64,000 bases of DNA from Gemmatimonadota bacterium (GTDB taxonomy: Bacteria > Gemmatimonadota > Gemmatimonadetes > Gemmatimonadales > GWC2-71-9), in contig JAZDCY010000042.1 of the NCBI GenBank assembly GCA_036679645.1, positions 32,001-96,000 on the forward strand, written 5' to 3'. Below are positions 1 through 9,808 of this stretch, piece after piece (positions within the stretch are counted from its first letter, which is position 1; every line of letters starts with the position of its first letter). The notes beneath the pieces were generated by a model that saw only the letters and a program-made list of their open reading frames with translations, searched no databases and was not told where the DNA came from. The position numbers and the translations under genes are program-made.

Positions 1-1347
1 AACGCTCGCCATCAGCATCCAGAAGAGAATCATGATCCTGACATCGCTGAGAATCGCGGGGTTCGTTAACATGTTCACCGCGAATGTAACGTTGGCGGCC
101 ACAAGGACTCTACAGACCTGCCTGATCCCCTTCGAGGAAGCGCCCCGGAACATTCTGAATGGAATCCCAACGGCTCCATATACGAGCATGAGGAAACCAA
201 CGAGCCCAACTATGCCGATATTCATGTAGACAGCCAGATAGACGTTCTCGAAGTGAAAATTGAATGGCTTCCACCCTCTGGTTTCGTAAGGGAAGTATCC
301 CGGAATCGCTTTTGCCGCCTGCGGCCATGCCACGTGATAATCCGAATTCCGGAGCCCCACGCCAACGACGTGATGCTCGGCTTGCTTCCCTGCTTCCCGC
401 CAGAGGCCGTAGCGAATGTTCAGGTCATACCGCTCGACAATTGCGGCAAAGCGGACGACGAGACTCTGTCCCAAGATGCTCTGCGCCGCGCGCGTACCAA
501 AAACAGGTAGCACGATCATGGATCCGACCACCGCTGCGGCGGCGAGCAACCGAAGCATCTTCCCCCTTTGGAAGTCGACTCCCCAAAACACAAGCCCCCC
601 AACAATAGCGGCCAATATCGGGCCTCTTGAGAGCGTTTGCAGAAGCGCCACCACCGCGAGGACGCCGAGCAGCAGAATTACAATGCGCCGCACCGAGGGC
701 GAGGCGAATGGGACCAGCAGCAGCGTGAAGATCGTTACGGATACGTAGTTGGCAAAATTGAGAGAATTCGCAAACGTACCGATCGTGCGAACCACCGTCC
801 TTCCGCCGATGGCCGCGGAAGTATTCTGATTCAACTCCATGCCCGTAAACGTGATATTGATACCAAGGACGCCCTGGATTATGCCGATCCCAGACGAGAA
901 CACGAGGCCTGCGGCTACCAGCACCAGGATCGTTTTCAGTTGGTCGATGTCCTCAATGATGTCGAGGGTCATTCGAAAGAACAGATAGAACCTCAAGAAA
1001 ATCAGAATGCCGTAGACCGATGCAGAAACGCTCGACGCGAACACCGTGGCGATTATTGCCCCTAACAACAGAATCATCAGGGGACCCTTGAAGCACGAAG
1101 GGAAGAGAATGCGCTCGCGGCCGGAGAGCTTCCTGGCGGTCCACAGTAGAAGCAGGGGCAAGAAGAGCCAGTCGAAGACGGCAAGAACTTCCAGCGCCTT
1201 CGTCACCTTCAAGGAAAGTACCGGGAGCAACAGAACAATGCCGTACAACAGTACGCGTTCAATCTTGGGTGCTCGCGACTCCCCCGTTGACTCTACGACC
1301 AAAGCAGAATCGTGTATTCCCTGTACGCGCGGACCCTCTACACTCAC
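1..1347 (-). CDS. O-antigen polymerase/ligase-like (Wzy/WaaL) membrane protein, 3' end runs off the window
   Basis: Not in the ORF track because it has no stop in the window. Spot translation from GTG at 1347 (GTGA overlap with the wzz stop) gives MSVEGPRVQG...LLYGIVLLLPVLSL. It is hydrophobic, with a C-terminal PFNFHFENVYLAVYMNIG resembling the H-x-N-x-Y-L ligase/polymerase motif. Confidence 0.75.
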   Translation of the reverse strand, partial: MSVEGPRVQGIHDSALVVESTGESRAPKIERVLLYGIVLLLPVLSLKVTKALEVLAVFDWLFLPLLLLWTARKLSGRERILFPSCFKGPLMILLLGAIIATVFASSVSASVYGILIFLRFYLFFRMTLDIIEDIDQLKTILVLVAAGLVFSSGIGIIQGVLGINITFTGMELNQNTSAAIGGRTVVRTIGTFANSLNFANYVSVTIFTLLLVPFASPSVRRIVILLLGVLAVVALLQTLSRGPILAAIVGGLVFWGVDFQRGKMLRLLAAAAVVGSMIVLPVFGTRAAQSILGQSLVVRFAAIVERYDLNIRYGLWREAGKQAEHHVVGVGLRNSDYHVAWPQAAKAIPGYFPYETRGWKPFNFHFENVYLAVYMNIGIVGLVGFLMLVYGAVGIPFRMFRGASSKGIRQVCRVLVAANVTFAVNMLTNPAILSDVRIMILFWMLMASV

Positions 1348-2402
1348 GCGGGTTCGCGTCCCCTTAGTGATGTGAAGATTCGGTTCACGCTTGATCTATG
1401 ATAAGACCAGAGACTGGTTACCGTTCCCGACACCAACATGATGATGATCATGATGATGTAGCGCCGTGGTCCGGTTTTTTCCACCGGCTCCCTGGCTTCC
1501 TCCCTGACGTTCAGGATCCGGGTGTCTTTGTGTTGCTCGATCCGGGCGATCTCATACTGTCGCTCAAGTTCAACGTAAACGGCCTGCTTTAGGGCGACAG
1601 TTCGGGACAGCCTGGACTGTTCCAGCACCAAGTCCGGCGAAGTTGCGATTGACCTGTTTCGCTCCTGGAAGCTCCTAAGCTGTTCCTCGGCATCCGTCAG
1701 AGAATCTTTCACATCAACGAGTCGCCGTTCGATGTACTGCATCGTCTCCCTTGCCAAGTCCCTGGTTTTTTCCACGACATACCGGTTCAAAGAAGCGACG
1801 ATTTCGTTCGCCACATCTGCGGACAGTCTGGACTCTGGCATCCTCACAGTTACCGTTATGATGCCGCTTATCCTGTCCGCGTTGACCCTCATCATCGATC
1901 CGACAAACTTCTCAATGAAATCCAGCATCAACCGTCTATCACGCAAGGCCGGGGGCAGACTCTCGTCGGGCTCCAGTTCGGAGTACTCGATTAGATTGAC
2001 GGGCGCTGCGAATTGTTCCGTTTGATACTTTGTGTAAACCACCGGGCTCAGTACGGATTCGCTAAACAACAAGTTCTGGTAGATCTCCGGCGGAATGCCT
2101 TCGCTCAAGTTGACGCTACCCAGTCCAGACAACGAAGCCAGCCCTGATAACTGCGAGAGTACGCCGGCATTCGATCTCCCGAAGTCGGGAAGTATGACCA
2201 CGGAGCTGTCGAAGTATGGCCGCACCAAGAACAGAAGGACCAAAACGGAGACAGTCGCGACAGTACTGTTGATCAAGAAAAGGCGTCGACGGTTGGCCCA
2301 GAGGTGAACAAGAAACGGACGGTATTTGTAGACCAGGACATCGATCCGTTTCTCAACATTCGCTCGTGCCGATCCGGTCATGGACTCTTTCGATTCATTC
2401 AT
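1344..2402 (-). CDS. Wzz-like chain-length determinant (polysaccharide co-polymerase)
   Basis: Two terminal TM helices, a Gly/Ser-rich SQLSGLASLSG segment, a coiled coil, and a P.EKTGPRR motif before TM2. Confidence 0.85.
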   Translation of the reverse strand: MNESKESMTGSARANVEKRIDVLVYKYRPFLVHLWANRRRLFLINSTVATVSVLVLLFLVRPYFDSSVVILPDFGRSNAGVLSQLSGLASLSGLGSVNLSEGIPPEIYQNLLFSESVLSPVVYTKYQTEQFAAPVNLIEYSELEPDESLPPALRDRRLMLDFIEKFVGSMMRVNADRISGIITVTVRMPESRLSADVANEIVASLNRYVVEKTRDLARETMQYIERRLVDVKDSLTDAEEQLRSFQERNRSIATSPDLVLEQSRLSRTVALKQAVYVELERQYEIARIEQHKDTRILNVREEAREPVEKTGPRRYIIMIIIMLVSGTVTSLWSYHRSSVNRIFTSLRGREPA

Positions 2403-2561
2403 GAAGGAGCCACTCTAGCGGTTGAAGAAGCCTTAGCTGTTTTCGAGACACGGTCCCCCCAGCGTTCCACGCATCCTCCAATGGCGAACGGTGCGCGGTA
2501 GCTTGCGGTTTGAGCGGTAGCCAACGGCGACGTGGGCGGCAACGGTGAACGTCACAGGTAC

Positions 2562-3665
2562 TCAGGCTCTCCGGCGAGGAACGAAGAGGTACTCACCGCC
2601 GAAGGGCCCGATGGCAAGGTGCGTAAACACGGCGTTAGGGATTACTCGGACAGCCTCATCCAGGGGCAGAATCGCCTGGCTCACCGACGACGTCCACTCC
2701 TCGGAAGACGCCAGTGAGACGGCCTCGGGAACCCACTCCCGGAGCGTCGCGCCACCGCCGCTAAGCCCAGTTGGGGCCAGCAGCAGTTCCAGCTCCCGCT
2801 CGGGGGACATGGAGATCAACTGACGAAGTTCCACGCGCGGGAACACTTCCAAGCGGCCCCCGACACCCGCATTGCGGATGTGAACCCCCCGCTGATCGAA
2901 GAACGTCTGCGCTTCCTCGAACTTCGCAAGGGTTTCGTCCATGCGCGGATGATGGTATCGCCGGCCAGCGCCAAAGTACCGCGGGTCGAAGTGGTTCGGA
3001 TCATCATCTCTAGTGGCGGTCCAGTCTCGCGCGTTGAGCTTCGCAGCCCCCTTGTGATCTTGATAGTCCATGTCGACCCCAACCAGATGGATCTCGCGGA
3101 AGCCTAGATGCGCCAACACTTGCAGGCCCACGTTCGCGACGCTCTTGTTGATCCCAGCATACGGCAGGTCGTCGGAAAACGACAAACGGTCTAACCATAG
3201 CCAGTACACGTTGTCGCGCGGCGCAATGAGGGGGCGGAAGTCGATGTTGTAAGGATGCAGGTCCGGGAAGAACGCCATGTCGACCTGGGCCGTGATCTCA
3301 TCGTTCTCACCCACCATATCCTGGAGCACTCGATCATCAATCGTCAAGAAGAATGTTGGCCGCCAGCAGAGCCGGTCGAACATCAGATTGAAGCGATTGA
3401 AGCACATGGTGCACTCGTCCGCGAGCAGGTGCAACGGCGTCCGGTTGAGACTTGGCCCGTTGCCGATCAGGAACGCGCGCCGGCCTTCGTAACGCCCTTT
3501 GATTGCCCGCCATCGCGCCAGAATCGGCCGCCGATCCATGAACATGCGCCGAACGCGAACCGTCAACGCTCGCCTTGCACGATCCAGATACGTGATCGGT
3601 CCCTCTTCGCGCAAGATGTACTTAGACTTGTGCGCGACGGCGGCTATGCCTTGCCGAAACGTCAT
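2562..3665 (-). CDS. DUF115/Maf-like protein, putative CMP-ulosonate-dependent glycosyltransferase
   Basis: GRRAFLIGNGPSLN, LGFREIHLVGVD and NHFDPRYF motifs; adjacent to a cytidylyltransferase. Confidence 0.7.
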   Translation of the reverse strand: MTFRQGIAAVAHKSKYILREEGPITYLDRARRALTVRVRRMFMDRRPILARWRAIKGRYEGRRAFLIGNGPSLNRTPLHLLADECTMCFNRFNLMFDRLCWRPTFFLTIDDRVLQDMVGENDEITAQVDMAFFPDLHPYNIDFRPLIAPRDNVYWLWLDRLSFSDDLPYAGINKSVANVGLQVLAHLGFREIHLVGVDMDYQDHKGAAKLNARDWTATRDDDPNHFDPRYFGAGRRYHHPRMDETLAKFEEAQTFFDQRGVHIRNAGVGGRLEVFPRVELRQLISMSPERELELLLAPTGLSGGGATLREWVPEAVSLASSEEWTSSVSQAILPLDEAVRVIPNAVFTHLAIGPFGGEYLFVPRRRA

Positions 3666-3714
3666 TTGAGAAGAACCTCGGCGCTCAACTGAGCAATAAG
3701 AAAGTTGTCGACCT

Positions 3715-4410
3715 CTAGTGTCCTGCCCACTGTCCGCGCCCCTCCGCGGCTAGGCGCTGCTGCATCAGTGCCTCTGCGATCCTCCACTGATACTCTTCGT
3801 CGATGTCCACAGCCTCGATTGGATCGATTGGAAACAGCAGTGGGTGCGCACCGATTCTCCGGCCGTGCTTAGCAAACTCGTCGCGCGAGAACAGATACAG
3901 ACACGAGTTCTCCTCATAGATCGGGGGGAGATCTTGACTGCACAGATCTCGATCCAACTCGTGATTGATCGGTTGACCGGACGACCAGTAGAACCGCGTA
4001 CGAAATGAGTTAACCGTGAACAAGGAATCGTGGTCACCCGGTTCGAAGAACCGCTCGATCACTCGATCCACGGTGGCCGGAGTTAGGAGCGGGTTTGTGC
4101 TGTGGGTCTGTAGAAAGAATTCCCCTTCAACCTGTCCAAGATCCCATGCAATCAACGGGTTCGCTCGAACCGTGCCGCCGAGCAGGTGCTCCGGCCTTCG
4201 CACGTACGTCGCTCCCATCCGCTCGGCCTCCAACCCAATTGCGTCCGAGTCGGAATTGACCACGATCCGGGTGACGTACTGCGAGTCCAAGAGCGTATCC
4301 ATCATCCAATGGAACAACGGCCGGCCACAGAGGGAGCGGACGTTCTTCCCCTTCACGCGCTCCGAGTGCGCCTTTATCGGCATGAGAGCCGTCAGCGGAG
4401 GAATCGTCAC
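3715..4410 (-). CDS. Acylneuraminate (CMP-ulosonate) cytidylyltransferase family protein
   Basis: PIKAHSERVKGKN, HSTNPL, YEENSCLY and AVDID motifs. Confidence 0.88.
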   Translation of the reverse strand: MTIPPLTALMPIKAHSERVKGKNVRSLCGRPLFHWMMDTLLDSQYVTRIVVNSDSDAIGLEAERMGATYVRRPEHLLGGTVRANPLIAWDLGQVEGEFFLQTHSTNPLLTPATVDRVIERFFEPGDHDSLFTVNSFRTRFYWSSGQPINHELDRDLCSQDLPPIYEENSCLYLFSRDEFAKHGRRIGAHPLLFPIDPIEAVDIDEEYQWRIAEALMQQRLAAEGRGQWAGH

Positions 4411-5198
4411 CGCGCACGCTCAACGATGTCCTTTGCGGCGAAAAGCTCATCGCGCACCTTTTCGGCGAGGAACACCATGTCGTCCCCGTACGCGATGAAT
4501 CGGTACCCCGCCGCAATCCGCGCGGCGAGTTCCTCGCGGTCCGAATGGACCACATGGAACCCGGCCGCCCTGTCCGCAGTGCGTCCAACGTGCTCCACCT
4601 CTCTTAACGCGGCGTCCACGTCTGGATGGGTCCAGTCTCCTGGATGGCCCAACGAGGCCGACAAATCGTACGGGCCCACAATGAAGCCGTCGATCCCCTC
4701 GACCCCAAGGATGGCTTCGAGGGCGTGCACCGCGTCGATATGCTCGATCTGTGCAATAACGACAGTCTCTCGCACCGCCCATTCGCGATACTGCGCAAAC
4801 CCCAGCCCATACTCCTGCGCCCTCGCGAGCCCCGCCCCTCTGATTCCTCGTGGCATGTAATGCGCCCGAGCAACGGCGTCCTCAGCATCCTGCACCGAGT
4901 TCACCATCGGCACTACCACCCCATGCGCACCGGCGTCCAAGGCCTGCTTGATGTACACCGGATCGTTGGCGGCCACCCGCACCAGCGGCACCGGCCCGGT
5001 CCGGTCGATCACCTGCACCAACCCGTGCATCTCCGCCACACCGATCGCAGTGTGCTCCTGATCGACCACCAGCCAGTCGAATCCCGCGCGAGCCATGAGC
5101 TCCGCTATCGGTGGGAATCCAAACGACAGCCACGAGCCAATCGTAAGCTCGTTCGCGGCCAAGCGCGCCTTGAGTCCTACCACAGCCCTGTCAGTCAC
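4407..5198 (-). CDS. HpcH/HpaI class II pyruvate aldolase family protein
   Basis: GFDWLVVDQEH, ALDAGAHGVVVPMV, QIEH and GPYDLS motifs. Confidence 0.9.
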   Translation of the reverse strand: MTDRAVVGLKARLAANELTIGSWLSFGFPPIAELMARAGFDWLVVDQEHTAIGVAEMHGLVQVIDRTGPVPLVRVAANDPVYIKQALDAGAHGVVVPMVNSVQDAEDAVARAHYMPRGIRGAGLARAQEYGLGFAQYREWAVRETVVIAQIEHIDAVHALEAILGVEGIDGFIVGPYDLSASLGHPGDWTHPDVDAALREVEHVGRTADRAAGFHVVHSDREELAARIAAGYRFIAYGDDMVFLAEKVRDELFAAKDIVERAR

Positions 5199-6298
5199 GG
5201 CGCCACCGTTTCCGCTCCGGTCGTTGCCCGCTCCTCAAAGTACTCGGCGAGCCATCCGGAGAACTCGTCGTCGAGCGGAAGGAACTGCTTGAACATATCA
5301 CCGAACCCGCGTGTCAAGACGAGGCCCAGCTTGCCGCCATGGTTCTTCTTGTCACGCATCAGAGCATCCTCGAACTGCTTCTGGTCCACCGGTGGGATAT
5401 CGACTCCATCCCATATCCGGGCGAACACGCGCCGCATCCGTTCTCGCACCTCGTCGTCGAGGAGCCCCAGTTTGACCGACACCATGTTGGCGAGGTCCAT
5501 GCCGTACGCGACGGCGATCCCGTGGGGTACACGGTATTCCGTGACCGCTTCGAGCGCGTGACCGAACGAGTGTCCATAGTTGAAGACCTGCCGCTCCCGG
5601 CGATCGAACTCATCGATCTCCACGTACTCGCGCTTGATCGCCAGGCTCCGTTCGATCACGTTGGTTAGCACGGCGCGATCCTCAAATGCCGCGTCTAGAT
5701 CGCGCTCGAAGCCAGCGAACGCATCCTCTCCAGCTATGGGGAAGTAGTGCGCCATCTCCCCGAGCCCCGACCGCAGTTCACGATCTGGAAGGGTCTCGAG
5801 GAAGCCCGTGTCAATGTGAATCTCCTCAGGGGGAAAGAAACCACCCAATTGATTCTTATAGCCTCGGAAGTTGATGGACGTCTTGCTGCCGATGCAGCTA
5901 TCTCCTTGAGCCAGGAGCGTCGTCGGCGCAAAGAGCCACCCCACACCCCGAAACACGAGTGAGCTGACGAACGCGGTCACATCTTGTGTGACCCCTCCAC
6001 CGATGCCCACCAATCGTCCGCCTCGACGGAAACCACTTTCTATCAGCCACTGGAACACCCCCGCCACACCATCGTAACTCTTCAGCTCCTCGTTGGCGGT
6101 GATCGCGATATGCGGGCTTCGTTCGAGGAGACCGCCGAGACGATCAGCATGTGTCTCCTGGATGACCGCGTCAACAACGATGCGGTCTTCGCTCCCAACC
6201 ACGGCTGCAAGGCTCTCACCAACTTCGTCTACGAACCGCACGCGGTAGTCATGGAGCGACGACCGAACGGTGAAATCACGTGCTGACATATCCACCAT
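5195..6298 (-). CDS. AroB-related sugar-phosphate cyclase (3-dehydroquinate synthase superfamily)
   Basis: GGGVTQD, PTTLLAQGDSCIGSK, KNQLG, NYGHSFGHALE and HGIAV motifs. Confidence 0.85.
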   Translation of the reverse strand: MVDMSARDFTVRSSLHDYRVRFVDEVGESLAAVVGSEDRIVVDAVIQETHADRLGGLLERSPHIAITANEELKSYDGVAGVFQWLIESGFRRGGRLVGIGGGVTQDVTAFVSSLVFRGVGWLFAPTTLLAQGDSCIGSKTSINFRGYKNQLGGFFPPEEIHIDTGFLETLPDRELRSGLGEMAHYFPIAGEDAFAGFERDLDAAFEDRAVLTNVIERSLAIKREYVEIDEFDRRERQVFNYGHSFGHALEAVTEYRVPHGIAVAYGMDLANMVSVKLGLLDDEVRERMRRVFARIWDGVDIPPVDQKQFEDALMRDKKNHGGKLGLVLTRGFGDMFKQFLPLDDEFSGWLAEYFEERATTGAETVAP

Positions 6299-7049
6299 CC
6301 ACGGTCACGTTTTGGCCCGTCAAGTAAGTATTGAACCCGCTCCCAAGGAACAGCACGACCCTGGCGATCTCCTGCGGCTCTGCGAACCGACCCATCGGCA
6401 CCAGGGCGGCCAACGCTTCCATCTCAGAGGGGGAAAGTGTCGACGCCGTCAACTCGGTTCGCGTGAATCCAGGCGAGACGGCATTGGCCAGAACGCCCCA
6501 TGGTGCCAACTCCACGGCAGCAGCCTTGGTCATCCCCACTACCGCAAACTTGCTGCTGGTGTACATGGCCCGTCCCGCCTTCGTCACGGTTGCCCAGATC
6601 GACGCGATGTTCACGATTCTACCGTACGCTTGACGTCTCATGATGGGCGCCACCGCTGACATCACCAACATGGGAGCACGCGTATTCACGCTCCAGATCC
6701 AGTCGAATGTCTCCGCATCGATGTCTTCGACTGGCACGATCCGGTTGACCCCGGCGTTGTTCACGCACACATCGATTCGCTCCAGCTCGCCCAGATACCC
6801 GAGAAAGCGAGCCGTAGAATCGGCATCTGAGAAGTCCGCGTGCACGTAGGTGACAGCCGACCGCCCGGTTCTTTCCACCTCTTCGTTCAGGCCGGCAACG
6901 GCTTCGGCTGATCTACCGGTGAGAATCACGCGAGCCGCGCCGGCCAGCTCGAACTCCGTAGCGATGGCCGCCCCGATCCCCCGCGTGCCTCCCGTCACGA
7001 GCACTGTCTGCCCGGCGAAATCGATTGTTGCGGTCATGGCATCATTCAA
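6276..7049 (-). CDS. SDR family NAD(P)-dependent oxidoreductase
   Basis: TGGTRGIG, NNAG and the catalytic YTSSK motif. Confidence 0.92.
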   Translation of the reverse strand: MNDAMTATIDFAGQTVLVTGGTRGIGAAIATEFELAGAARVILTGRSAEAVAGLNEEVERTGRSAVTYVHADFSDADSTARFLGYLGELERIDVCVNNAGVNRIVPVEDIDAETFDWIWSVNTRAPMLVMSAVAPIMRRQAYGRIVNIASIWATVTKAGRAMYTSSKFAVVGMTKAAAVELAPWGVLANAVSPGFTRTELTASTLSPSEMEALAALVPMGRFAEPQEIARVVLFLGSGFNTYLTGQNVTVDGGYVST

Positions 7050-8035
7050 CCCCGGTGCTCCGACCCAGAGGTCAGGACACCTGCGCCCGCGAGGTCACGC
7101 AGCAAGTTCCGCACTGCCGACATCTCCATGTTCCGTCGGCACGCTCCGGTGTAGGTACCGATGTGCGGTGTGAGGACCACCTGCGGGTATTCCGTCAATC
7201 TCCCCGTGTACGGCTCCTCCCAGAACACGTCGAACCACGCGCCACTCACCTTACCGACATCCAACGCGTCGAAGAGGGCCTCCTCGTCGACGAGTTCGGC
7301 GCGGGCACTGTTCAGCAGAACAACCCCGTGTCGCATCTGGGAAAACTCCTCATCCCCCAGGATCTTCTCCCTCCCCGCGCCGTGCAATGACACGATATCG
7401 GCCCGCCGAAGGCCATCCTCCAGCGTGGCGCGTTCGACTGCGTCGAAGGCCTCCGGGGACAGGAAGGGATCCACCGCGCATACGTGGGCTCCCAGGGCCG
7501 AAAAGAGCCGGGCCACGGCCCTGCCGATACGCCCGTACCCAACGACCAGTACGGTGCTCCCGCGGACCCCGTTTGAAATGGCCTTCTTCCACCGGCCCGC
7601 ATGGAGTTCTGCATTGGCTTCGATAACACCGCGCGTGACCGCCAGTGCTGCTCCGACAGTCAACTCGGCCACCGCATCCGTCGGGCCGTCAGGTGTATTC
7701 GACACGGCAATGCCCAGGGCAGCTGCAGCGTTGCGATCCACGTTGTCTACGCCGATGCCAACGCGGGCAATCGCTCGGAGCCGACGTGCCGAGCGCAATA
7801 CCCTCTCGGTCAAGGGCTCCAACCCGGCAATCAGTCCATCCACGCCGTCAAGATGGGCGATGATCTCGTCTTCGGTGAGTCGGCGTCCATGTGGATTGGG
7901 CACAATCTCCAAGCCGGCTTCACCCAGCACCCGAATTGGCTCACCGTCCTCCACCGCGAACGACGACGGACTCCAAGCGACCCGCACCTTAGACACGGCC
8001 ACCGCCTCCCCCACGATGTCTCGTGGCAGCATCAC
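7046..8035 (-). CDS. Phosphoglycerate dehydrogenase-like D-2-hydroxyacid dehydrogenase
   Basis: RVGIGVDNVD, GYGRIG, LNSARAELVDE, DVF..EP and TPHIG motifs. Confidence 0.88.
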   Translation of the reverse strand: MMLPRDIVGEAVAVSKVRVAWSPSSFAVEDGEPIRVLGEAGLEIVPNPHGRRLTEDEIIAHLDGVDGLIAGLEPLTERVLRSARRLRAIARVGIGVDNVDRNAAAALGIAVSNTPDGPTDAVAELTVGAALAVTRGVIEANAELHAGRWKKAISNGVRGSTVLVVGYGRIGRAVARLFSALGAHVCAVDPFLSPEAFDAVERATLEDGLRRADIVSLHGAGREKILGDEEFSQMRHGVVLLNSARAELVDEEALFDALDVGKVSGAWFDVFWEEPYTGRLTEYPQVVLTPHIGTYTGACRRNMEMSAVRNLLRDLAGAGVLTSGSEHRG

Positions 8036-8087
8036 GGCGTCCCACTCCGCCCACGTGCTCGCCCATCACATTACCAACTCCAGATGC

Positions 8088-9152
8088 CTACGGATTGGCA
8101 GTCCAGTTATCGTCGGCCTCGTAGATCCGAAACACCAGATCCATTGCGGCCATTGCGTCTGCGGACGTCCCATGTACTACGCTCCCCTTCCCAGCCACAG
8201 CATCAATGAACTCCGCCACTTCGAGTTCCCATGACGGGTCCGTATCGAAATACACCGTCTCCTCGCGTGGCATGCCGACCGCCGCGTCGCCGTCGAACCG
8301 GCGATGGGCAACGGTGATCGTCTCGTCACCGTAACTCCTCGTCGAGGAGAGGATACCGTTCACTGACAGGAACCCTTTGGTCGTATACAGCTCGAGCAAG
8401 AACCGGTGTTTCCACTGCGTGGCCGAGGAGTGCAGCATGGCAATACGCTGCTCCGCATCCCGCAGTAGCACGAAGGCGTTGTCCTCCAGGTCCACGTTCC
8501 AGAATGCAGTAGTGACCATGCTCTTGATCTCCACGAAGTCGCCAAGGAACAAGCGTAGCAGATCGAGCATGTGGATCCCTTGATCCAGCAGGATCCCTCC
8601 TCCACTGATCTCTTTCGAGTTGCGCCACTCGTCCTCGAAGCCAGCACCGCCGCCCTTCCCATAGATGCCGCGCGCCCAGAGGATCCGGCCGAGGCGGCCA
8701 CTATCGAGAATACGCTTGGCCTCTTGGATCCCGGCGTGGTAGCGGTGGTTGAAGCCAAACTTCAGCGCGAGCGACGGATTGCGAGCCTCCGCGGCGCAGA
8801 TCCGTGCCACATCGTCCCGATTACGTCCCGGTGGCTTCTCCGCGAACACGTGTTTTCCGGCATCCAAGGCCTCTACCGCGACGTCGGCCGTGTAGCGGTT
8901 TGGCGTGCACACAAAGACTGCATCTACATCCGACGCGTTGACGACCTGCCGATAGTCGTTGTGACAGTGCACCCCTGGGTAGTCTGCATAACGGGCACTG
9001 TTCGGGTCGGCACCGCGGGTGACCACCGAATCAGACCGACCTTTCAGCGCCTGCGCCCGGATTCTCCCCATCTTCCCGAGGCCCACGATACCGACCCGTA
9101 CGCGATCCGTCATTCCGAACCGACCTCCAAGCCGTTCAGCGCTCGCCCGCAC
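8088..9152 (-). CDS. Gfo/Idh/MocA family oxidoreductase
   Basis: GIVGLGKMG, GKHVFAEKP and GGGILLDQGIH motifs. The true start may be the downstream Met (MTDRVRV). Confidence 0.9.
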   Translation of the reverse strand: MRASAERLGGRFGMTDRVRVGIVGLGKMGRIRAQALKGRSDSVVTRGADPNSARYADYPGVHCHNDYRQVVNASDVDAVFVCTPNRYTADVAVEALDAGKHVFAEKPPGRNRDDVARICAAEARNPSLALKFGFNHRYHAGIQEAKRILDSGRLGRILWARGIYGKGGGAGFEDEWRNSKEISGGGILLDQGIHMLDLLRLFLGDFVEIKSMVTTAFWNVDLEDNAFVLLRDAEQRIAMLHSSATQWKHRFLLELYTTKGFLSVNGILSSTRSYGDETITVAHRRFDGDAAVGMPREETVYFDTDPSWELEVAEFIDAVAGKGSVVHGTSADAMAAMDLVFRIYEADDNWTANP

Positions 9153-9154
9153 AC

Positions 9155-9808
9155 CTAGTGGTGAAGGAATCGGCCACGTCCCATGCTCAGGTACCCGGAA
9201 ACCGCGTGGCAGATGATCGAGAATGCATCCTCCACCGGTCCGTATTCATCTTTCGTGGACTCGATATGCACCACATGCTGAGCGGTCTTCGCCAAGCGTC
9301 CGCCGTCGAATCCGCAGAACCCAACGGTCACACCACCGGACTCGTTCGCGTACTCGACGGCTCGCACGATGTTCTCGCTGTTGCCGCTCACCGACATAGC
9401 AAGGACTGCGTCGCCCGGCTGAAGCGCGCACCTTAACTGGTACCTGAAGATCTCTTCGAAACCCGCATCGTTGGACACGGCTGTCACACTGGCCGCGTTG
9501 TCTGCGAGACAGACCAGCCGATACCCCGACTGGTCCTCCTTGAGCGTGTTCACGCCCATGTCATTCACGAAGTGCGACGCGACCGCAGCGCTACCACCAT
9601 TCCCTATCGTGTAGATCGTACGACCCGCCCTGCCCGCCGCATCCACGATCCCTGCCACCTGCGCGATGGCATCTGCGTTCATTCCAGTCGCCATGCCGGC
9701 CATCACCTTCAGGTACCCGCCCATGTACGACGACGCCGACGATGACGCTCCGAATAGGTCCTTCAACCTATACATGTTGCTCCTCAAGTTTCGATGAATG
9801 GGACTCAC
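9155..9808 (-). CDS. SIS-domain sugar-phosphate isomerase (GmhA-like)
   Basis: GNGGSAAVASHF, NDAGFEEIF, SVSGNSENI, GFDGGRL and VEDAF motifs. Confidence 0.85.
   Translation of the reverse strand: MSPIHRNLRSNMYRLKDLFGASSSASSYMGGYLKVMAGMATGMNADAIAQVAGIVDAAGRAGRTIYTIGNGGSAAVASHFVNDMGVNTLKEDQSGYRLVCLADNAASVTAVSNDAGFEEIFRYQLRCALQPGDAVLAMSVSGNSENIVRAVEYANESGGVTVGFCGFDGGRLAKTAQHVVHIESTKDEYGPVEDAFSIICHAVSGYLSMGRGRFLHH

Noticed and set aside
2495..2522. ops/JUMPstart-like GCGGTAG motifs
   Set aside because: They are on the wrong strand for the minus-strand operon and do not match the full ops consensus.
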